A stretch of 33,905 nucleotides of DNA, taken from the sequence record SRR22947725_3373; one strand, 5' to 3'. Positions 27,328 through 33,905 of the stretch are shown piece after piece (within the stretch, counting starts at the first letter, position 1; each line of letters starts with the position of its first letter). The notes under the pieces were generated by a model. That model made no database searches. It was not told the origin of the DNA and worked only from the letters and a program-made list of their open reading frames with translations. The position numbers and the translations under genes are program-made.

Positions 27328-28260
27328 ATGTTGAAATACACGCTTGGACGCATTCTATCGGGACTGGTCACTATCTGGTTCATCGCAACCGCCACCTTTC
27401 TGGCAATGCACGCCGTGCCCGGCGACCCGTTGATGAACGAAAAAGCCACGACCCCCGAAATTCGCGAGAACCTTGCGCGAAAATACGGCCTAGATAAACC
27501 GATCGTCGAGCAATACGTCATCTATTTGGGCAATATGGTGCAAGGTGATTTCGGCATCTCCTTTACCCAACAAAATAGAAAAGTGAACGACATCATCCAA
27601 GACCACTTTCCGGTTTCGGCAGCCCTTGGCATCTTAGCCATTACCTTTGCCGCGCTGGGCGGCATTCTCTGGGGCGCTTTAACCGCGCTGTACCGAAATC
27701 ATCTGCCCGATATCATCATTATGTTCCTGGTGATTCTTGGTATTTCCGTACCCAGCTTTGTCTTTGCTGCTTTGGGCCAACTCCTTCTGGTTAACATTAA
27801 TCAGTGGTTCAATATTTCCTTTTTACCCGTAGCGGGCTGGGGCACCTTTGCTCATATGATCGTGCCGTCTCTGGTGCTCGGGCTCGGTACCATGGCCCTA
27901 CTGACGCGACTCATGCGCTCGTCTATGCTTGAGATTGTAAACGAAGACTTCATCCGAACCGCACGGGCCAAAGGCCTTTCACCGAGCCGGATCTTTTTTC
28001 AACACCAGCTCCGCAATGCCATCCTGCCGGTTGTCACCGTTTTAGGACCCCAAATTGCGGCGATTACGACGGGCGGCTTTGTTGTCGAGCTTGTTTTCGC
28101 GATCCCCGGTCTGGGCCGATATTTTGTCCAAGCCGTTCAACAGCTCGATTACACGGTCATCATGGGAACCACCGTATTTTATGGCGCCTTCCTTGTTTTT
28201 ATGGTCATTCTGGTTGACATCATTTACGGCTTTATTGACCCCAGAGTGAGGCTGAAATGA
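27328..28260 (+). CDS. oppB: oligopeptide ABC transporter permease
   Basis: PGDP, YGLDKP, EDFIRTARAKGL, FAIPGLG, DPRV. Confidence 0.93.
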   Translation: MLKYTLGRILSGLVTIWFIATATFLAMHAVPGDPLMNEKATTPEIRENLARKYGLDKPIVEQYVIYLGNMVQGDFGISFTQQNRKVNDIIQDHFPVSAALGILAITFAALGGILWGALTALYRNHLPDIIIMFLVILGISVPSFVFAALGQLLLVNINQWFNISFLPVAGWGTFAHMIVPSLVLGLGTMALLTRLMRSSMLEIVNEDFIRTARAKGLSPSRIFFQHQLRNAILPVVTVLGPQIAAITTGGFVVELVFAIPGLGRYFVQAVQQLDYTVIMGTTVFYGAFLVFMVILVDIIYGFIDPRVRLK

Positions 28261-29663
28261 TCCCTCATCCCGCGCTGCAAGCAGACGATTTCACGCCAGA
28301 GCTGTCGACTGACAGCCTTGAACAGCTTTCAAGGCCATCGCTGTCCTACTGGCAAGACGCTTGGATTCGGTTAAAGAAAAACACCCGCGCCATCATCTCC
28401 CTATACCTGATCATTGGTCTTGCGCTCTTTACCATCCTAGGCCCCTTTCTTTGGACCAAGGACCCAAGTGCTCAAGATCTGGATCAAATATCCCAAGCCC
28501 CGGCACTGCCCAAAACCGCGCTTTTGGTCAGCGACTATCTGCCTTGGACGCCGCCGGTTGACCAAGGACATCCCGCCGAGCCGACCGGATATCCCGATAC
28601 CCTCGACGCCGTCACGGGCTTTGCGACCATGGGGACGCCAAACACCCAATCCATACGGTTAACTTGGTCACCGGTTCAGGACGCAGGAGGCTATAGCATC
28701 TATCGAAGTGAGTCCGAGCCAAGCGGCCTGCAAGGACTTGGACTGCCCCTTGAGACGATTGACGCGGGCAACATCCTAGGCTTCGAAGATCGACTTAATC
28801 TCAAGTCTCAAACTTACTTTTATTCGATCATTCCAACGGACGGGCTCGATGAGTTCGATGTTGTTACCACCCTCAAGGTGACCCCCGTGCAATCCATTAC
28901 CATGAGTCAGGCCCTGGAACGCGGTCTCATTGATCCATCAGACGCGCCTGGACGCTCGGTATCGCTCGCCTTTCATCCTTTCGGAACCGATTACCTTGGT
29001 CGAGATATGCTGGCAAGGCTAATGCAAGGCGCTCGAGTTTCTTTATTTATTGGTGTTGTTGCGCCATTCATCTATGTGCTTTTCGGTGTTTTTTATGGCG
29101 GCTTTGCCGGCTACCTTGGTGGCAAGATTGATCAATTTTTAATGCGCTTTGCCGACTTTGTGGTCGCCCTACCCTTCCTGCTGTTTATGATCCTGTTTAA
29201 AATCGGCTTCGGCATCGGACCAGGCGAAAGCGGTGTCCTGCCGATGCTCGTTGCGCTGATCCTGCTGCTCTGGCCGAGCACCGCACGTTTGGTGAGGGGT
29301 CAGGTTTTAAAGATCCGGGAGCAAGGCTATATTGAAGCGGCTCGCCTGCTCGGCGGCAGACCCAGCTATTTGATTGCAAGACACATCATTCCCAACACCA
29401 TGGGCGTGATCCTTGTGACCTTAACCTTTGCCGTGCCCTCCGCGATCTTCACCGAGGCCTTTTTATCGTTTATTGGCATGGGGGTTGCGCCACCCACGCC
29501 GTCCTGGGGATCAATGTGCAATGAAGGCGTGAAAACGATGCTCAGTCATCCCCATGAACTATTTTTCCCTGCCCTTTTTATCAGTATCACTGTGCTCGCG
29601 TTTAACCTGCTGGGTGATGGACTAACCGAGGCCTTAGATTCAAAGATGAGGTCGCGAGAATAA
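28257..29663 (+). CDS. oppC: oligopeptide ABC transporter permease with periplasmic FN3-like insert
   Basis: SYWQDAWIRLKKN, HPFGTDYLGRD, EAARLLG, EAFLSFIG, FNLLGDGL; about 150 aa longer than a typical OppC. Confidence 0.92.
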   Translation: MIPHPALQADDFTPELSTDSLEQLSRPSLSYWQDAWIRLKKNTRAIISLYLIIGLALFTILGPFLWTKDPSAQDLDQISQAPALPKTALLVSDYLPWTPPVDQGHPAEPTGYPDTLDAVTGFATMGTPNTQSIRLTWSPVQDAGGYSIYRSESEPSGLQGLGLPLETIDAGNILGFEDRLNLKSQTYFYSIIPTDGLDEFDVVTTLKVTPVQSITMSQALERGLIDPSDAPGRSVSLAFHPFGTDYLGRDMLARLMQGARVSLFIGVVAPFIYVLFGVFYGGFAGYLGGKIDQFLMRFADFVVALPFLLFMILFKIGFGIGPGESGVLPMLVALILLLWPSTARLVRGQVLKIREQGYIEAARLLGGRPSYLIARHIIPNTMGVILVTLTFAVPSAIFTEAFLSFIGMGVAPPTPSWGSMCNEGVKTMLSHPHELFFPALFISITVLAFNLLGDGLTEALDSKMRSRE

Positions 29664-30703
29664 TGGGCACCCATAAACTGCTTGAGGTTAGCAACCTTTC
29701 CGTTGAGTTTGAGACCTATGGCGGCGTCGTTAAAGCTGTCAGAGGCGTTGATTTCAGCGTCGATGCCGGGGAAGTCTTGGCGATCGTCGGTGAATCGGGA
29801 TGCGGCAAAAGTGTGACCGTGCAATCCATCATGGGCATCATTCCAATGCCGCCCGGCAAAATCACGGGCGGCTCTGCAAAACTCAAGGGTGAAGAGATTC
29901 TAGGACTCCAGGCTCAAGCCGCGAATCAATTTCGGGGTAAGGAGATCGGGATGATTTTCCAGGACCCTATGACGTCTCTTAATCCAACCATGACTATTGG
30001 CGCCCAGATCGCAGAAACCTTAAAGGTCCACCGCGGCCTGAGCACTCAACAGGCAAGCGAGATTGCCAGCGAACTCCTGATCAGAACGCGGATCCCAGAA
30101 GCGCAAAAACGCCTTAATCAATATCCCTTTGAGTTTTCAGGCGGCATGCTCCAACGCGCCATGATTGCCCAAAGCCTCGCCTGCTCGCCATCACTATTGA
30201 TTGCAGACGAGCCAACCACCGCTTTGGATGTGACCATACAAGCGCAAATTCTAGACTTGTTGAAAGAGCTTCAATCCCGCGATGGCATGGCAATCATACT
30301 GATCACTCACGACCTTGCCGTTGTCGCAAGGACAGCCCAGAACGTTTGCGTCATGTACGCCGGCCAAATCGTCGAGCAGGGCAGCGTCGATGATATTTTC
30401 TATAAGAGCGCCCACCCCTATACCCTTGGGTTGAAGTTGGCGATGCCTAGCAATGTGAGCCAGCAAAACAAAAAGCTTGAGCCCATACCCGGTAGTCCCC
30501 CTGATTTGTTTTCACCGCCAAGCGGTTGCGGTTATGCGGCTCGGTGCCCACATGCCATGCGTATTTGTCACAAAGAAAACCCGCCATTGTTCAGCGACCC
30601 ACGCGAGCCCCTTCATGCCGCTCGATGTTGGCTGCAAGCGCCCGGGGCACCCAAAACCCAAGGCCTGTATCAGCCCAACCTGATTGCGAGTCATGGCGCA
30701 TGA
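29663..30703 (+). CDS. oppD: oligopeptide ABC transporter ATP-binding protein
   Basis: [26 protein letters not shown]-terminal GC..RC...C...C. Confidence 0.93.
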   Translation: MGTHKLLEVSNLSVEFETYGGVVKAVRGVDFSVDAGEVLAIVGESGCGKSVTVQSIMGIIPMPPGKITGGSAKLKGEEILGLQAQAANQFRGKEIGMIFQDPMTSLNPTMTIGAQIAETLKVHRGLSTQQASEIASELLIRTRIPEAQKRLNQYPFEFSGGMLQRAMIAQSLACSPSLLIADEPTTALDVTIQAQILDLLKELQSRDGMAIILITHDLAVVARTAQNVCVMYAGQIVEQGSVDDIFYKSAHPYTLGLKLAMPSNVSQQNKKLEPIPGSPPDLFSPPSGCGYAARCPHAMRICHKENPPLFSDPREPLHAARCWLQAPGAPKTQGLYQPNLIASHGA

Positions 30704-31650
30704 TAGAAACCAAAAACCTTAAAAAGCACTTTCATATTGGGCGCAACCAGACGCTTCATGCCGTTGACGGCATCTCTCTTTCGATTGCCGAAAACGAGAT
30801 TCTAGGTCTGGTTGGCGAGAGCGGATCCGGAAAATCCACCTTTGGAAAAACCCTAATTGGCTTGCATGAGCGGACAGCCGGCGACGTCTTTTTTAAAGGC
30901 TCGCCCTTGCCGCAGAAATACACCGCAAAAGACCACTTGCGATATTCCGCTGATATTCAAATGATTTTCCAAGACCCTTATGCATCCCTCAACCCGCGCA
31001 TGACGGTGCTGGATATCATCGGCGAGGGTCTTGCGCTCAAGGGCATCCCGCGTGCCGATATCCAAGACGAAGTGGGTTTTTGGCTACGTCGAGTTGGCCT
31101 GCACCCTGATCATATGTCACGGTTTCCCCATGAGTTCTCAGGCGGTCAACGACAAAGAATCGGGATCGCTCGCGCTATGATCATCAAGCCTAAGTTTGTG
31201 GTGTGTGATGAGCCGATATCCGCGCTCGACGTCTCCGTTCAAGCCCAAGTGGTTAACCTGCTCGAAGACCTAAAAGATTCATTGGGCTTGACGCTATTAT
31301 TTATTGCCCATGACCTCTCGATGGTGCGTTATATCTCCGATCGAATGGCCGTTATGTATTTGGGAACGCTCGTTGAGAGCGGTCCATCGGACGCTGTTTT
31401 CTTCGAGCCTAAACATCCTTACACCCGACTGCTGATTCAATCCAACCCGGAAGCAGACCCAGTGCTTGAGCGCACTCGGCCAAGTGCCGAGCTGACGGGT
31501 GAGATTACCTCGCCGATCAATATGGGCCCCGGGTGCCGATTTGCCGACCGCTGTCCTGAGGTTATGCCCCAATGTCAATCTGTGACGCCCGAATCTCGAC
31601 TGATCGCCTCGGATCACCAGGTTGCCTGTCATCTTTATGACGAAAGGTGA
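30700..31650 (+). CDS. oppF: oligopeptide ABC transporter ATP-binding protein
   Basis: ATG 30700 overlaps the oppD stop (ATGA); GESGSGKS, FSGGQRQR, CDEPISALD, HQVACH. Confidence 0.93.
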   Translation: MIETKNLKKHFHIGRNQTLHAVDGISLSIAENEILGLVGESGSGKSTFGKTLIGLHERTAGDVFFKGSPLPQKYTAKDHLRYSADIQMIFQDPYASLNPRMTVLDIIGEGLALKGIPRADIQDEVGFWLRRVGLHPDHMSRFPHEFSGGQRQRIGIARAMIIKPKFVVCDEPISALDVSVQAQVVNLLEDLKDSLGLTLLFIAHDLSMVRYISDRMAVMYLGTLVESGPSDAVFFEPKHPYTRLLIQSNPEADPVLERTRPSAELTGEITSPINMGPGCRFADRCPEVMPQCQSVTPESRLIASDHQVACHLYDER

Positions 31651-31663
31651 GTCGGCTGGCGGT

Positions 31664-32197
31664 TTAACCCGTTTTTCGAACCATTCTTAAAATAGAATCC
31701 TCGCTCGTGTAGGTCTCAATTGCTGACAGCGCAGCCCAAGCTAACTCATTCGACTCCTCGCTGACTGTTAAAGCCGGATCCCCAGCGCACTCAAACAGAT
31801 AACGAACATCATAGTGGTAATGCGCAGGCTCAGTACCGCGTTCAGGAATCAAATGCACATCCAGATCAAAAATCTCAGAACTCACGAGCTGCAGCGCTTC
31901 AAGACCAGACTCTTCATAGGCTTCCCGGGTCGCAACCCGCGCAATATCGTCATCGCCGTCCGCATGGCCACCTAACTGCAACCACCGGTCGAGTTTGCGA
32001 TGGTGGGTTAACAAACAGTGCTTGTGGGGCTGGTCTACAATCCAGGCCGATCCTGTCACGTGTCCCACCGTGAGGGAGCGTTCAAAGCAATTTTCATGAC
32101 CGCGAACAAAGTCCTCGAAGGACGCAATGACGTCGGCTTCTTCAGGATACCGACGACCATAACGATCGATTAACTTTAACAAGATAACTCTCGACAC
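31664..32197 (-). CDS. NUDIX hydrolase
   Basis: Nudix box GGHADGDDDIARVATREAYEESGL; GHVTGS; HYHYD. Confidence 0.9.
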   Translation of the reverse strand: MSRVILLKLIDRYGRRYPEEADVIASFEDFVRGHENCFERSLTVGHVTGSAWIVDQPHKHCLLTHHRKLDRWLQLGGHADGDDDIARVATREAYEESGLEALQLVSSEIFDLDVHLIPERGTEPAHYHYDVRYLFECAGDPALTVSEESNELAWAALSAIETYTSEDSILRMVRKTG

Positions 32198-32200
32198 TGA

Positions 32201-33905
32201 TTACCGCCTTTGAACCGGTGAACCTGACTTTTGCTCGTCAAACAAGCCCACCAACTGCTCAGTCATGGCATCGCCAAGTTGTTCCGCATCCGTAATGGTG
32301 ACGGCGCGCTCATAATGGTGCGTGACATCATGACCAATACCAATCGCCACCAGCTCAACACTTTTGGTGTTTTCAATTTGATCGATGGCGAACTTTAAAT
32401 GCTGTTCCAGGAAGTTACTCGGATTGACCAAGAGGGTGCTGTTATCAACGGGCAGACCATCCGAGATCACCATCAAAATCTTGCGATCCTCGGGTCGACC
32501 ATGAATACGGTTATAGGCCCAGAGTAGCGCTTCACCATCAATGTTTTCCTTGAGCAACTCTTCGCGCATCATCAGCCCCAAATTCCGCCTTGCACGACGC
32601 CAGGGCATATCCGCGGCCTTGTAAATAATATGCCGCAAATCATTCAGGCGCCCGGGTTGCTGCGGTTTTCCGCGCTGCAACCACAACTCCCGCGATTGAC
32701 CACCCCGCCAAGCCTTGGTCGTGAACCCCAAAATCTCAACTTTAACCGAGCACCGCTCAAGGGTTCTGCCCAAAATATCAGCACACATCGCCGCGATCGA
32801 AATGGATCGGCCGCGCATTGATCCGGAGCTATCGATCAAAATCGACACGACCGTATCTTTAAATTTAGTTTCTTTTTCCTGCTTAAACGCCAGCGAGGAA
32901 AATGGATCCATGATAATGGTCGGCAGCCGTGAGGTATCCAGTACGCCTTCCTCAAGATCAAACTCCCAAGCACGGCTCTGCTGCGCCATCAATTTACGCT
33001 GTAATCGATTGGCAAGCTTACTGATAATGATCTGAGAGTTTTGCAGATGCTGATCCAGAACGCCTCTAAGGCGATCCAACTCTTCGCTGTCACAAAGCTG
33101 ATCCGCAAACACCACTTCATCAAACTCTGTGGTGTAGGCTTGATATTCAAAGGTCTTCGGGCGCGCCCAACTTCTTTGCGCATTAGCGTCAGGCGGCGCG
33201 CCACCGTCGTCTTCAGACCCATCGGATTCTGTTAAATCAGATGCATCCATATCAACGGGCACATCGCCTTCGATGGCGTCTGAAAGATCACCTTCAGCGC
33301 CCTGGTCTTGATCTGCCCCTTCGTCCCCGGCCTCGGCTTCGGCCTCTTGTTCCTGATCATCCGTATCATCTTGATCCCCGTTCTGATCATCTTGACCAAA
33401 ATCTTCGGCCAACCCAAAATCAGCGATCAAACTGCGCGCCAGTTCTGAGAAGGCTTCCTGATCAAAGACCTTCCCTTCGAAATCACTTAACTGCGTACCG
33501 ACCCGATCTTCAATATACGTCCGCCAAGGATCCAGCACGCGCGCGGCGGACTCTGGCAACTCGGCGGCAATTAATTTTTCGCGGAGAAACAACCCGACTG
33601 CCTGGCCAAGGGGAGCGTCTTCTGTTGAGGTAATGTCGTAGGCGCCTTGTTGTTGCAAGGCATCATCCAGCTGGTGATGCAAATTATCTTGCACCCCGCG
33701 CATGAGATACGTGCCGATCGCTGCAATCCGGGATTCCTCCACCGCATCAAACAGATCTTGGGCAACCCCGGCCGCTGGCCGGCCCTGATCGTGCAGGGCC
33801 TCGTCATGGTATCGCGTGCGCAGCGCAAACCGATCCGCGGTGCCCCGCAAAGCCGCAAGCGCCGCTTGCGAGCCACCGACTTCCGGCACGGGAATCCTCG
33901 CCTTA
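32201..33905 (-). CDS. cobT: cobaltochelatase subunit CobT (5' end outside the window)
   Basis: Acidic linker, [66 protein letters not shown]. Confidence 0.9.
   Translation of the reverse strand, partial: KARIPVPEVGGSQAALAALRGTADRFALRTRYHDEALHDQGRPAAGVAQDLFDAVEESRIAAIGTYLMRGVQDNLHHQLDDALQQQGAYDITSTEDAPLGQAVGLFLREKLIAAELPESAARVLDPWRTYIEDRVGTQLSDFEGKVFDQEAFSELARSLIADFGLAEDFGQDDQNGDQDDTDDQEQEAEAEAGDEGADQDQGAEGDLSDAIEGDVPVDMDASDLTESDGSEDDGGAPPDANAQRSWARPKTFEYQAYTTEFDEVVFADQLCDSEELDRLRGVLDQHLQNSQIIISKLANRLQRKLMAQQSRAWEFDLEEGVLDTSRLPTIIMDPFSSLAFKQEKETKFKDTVVSILIDSSGSMRGRSISIAAMCADILGRTLERCSVKVEILGFTTKAWRGGQSRELWLQRGKPQQPGRLNDLRHIIYKAADMPWRRARRNLGLMMREELLKENIDGEALLWAYNRIHGRPEDRKILMVISDGLPVDNSTLLVNPSNFLEQHLKFAIDQIENTKSVELVAIGIGHDVTHHYERAVTITDAEQLGDAMTEQLVGLFDEQKSGSPVQRR

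Noticed and set aside
3960-33876. Numerous short antisense or out-of-frame ORFs inside the long genes
   Set aside because: They are shadow ORFs of well-supported CDSs with no independent motifs.
1-33905. tRNA-Sec, other tRNA/rRNA, CRISPR array or IS element
   Set aside because: By eye I found no cloverleaf/T-loop signature, regularly spaced repeats or transposase; tRNAscan-SE or Infernal would be needed to exclude them formally.

Overview
Core-genome-like stretch (roughly 50% GC by eye) of what looks like a marine Gammaproteobacterium, judged from the ahcY, SahR, PdsR/PdsS-like and second EF-G proteins. No rRNA, tRNA, CRISPR array or mobile element was recognised. Contents in order: an acylating (SauS-like) aldehyde dehydrogenase; an AraC regulator facing a small Cys-rich secreted protein; a 58-aa DUF1289-type protein missed by the ORF track; a stand-alone EF-G paralog; a ~930 bp intergenic region with paired stems and a 14%-GC block; a GltS-family symporter; an exported PqqB-like metallo-hydrolase; ribokinase; a PdsR/PdsS-like two-component pair; sahR-ahcY with two palindromic operator boxes; tesB; three exported amidohydrolase/peptidase genes; a MoxR(CoxD)/VWA(CoxE) pair; a complete opp-type ABC transporter whose OppC carries an FN3-like insert; a NUDIX hydrolase; and a partial cobT. 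The main hidden feature is that ORFs 17776..18273 and 18298..18663 read as one gene (17812..18663) through an in-frame TGA in a U-P-V-C-H motif followed by a SECIS-like hairpin. This is most likely a PrdB/GrdB-family selenoprotein, with no reductase partners in the window and its start overlapping the tesB stop.
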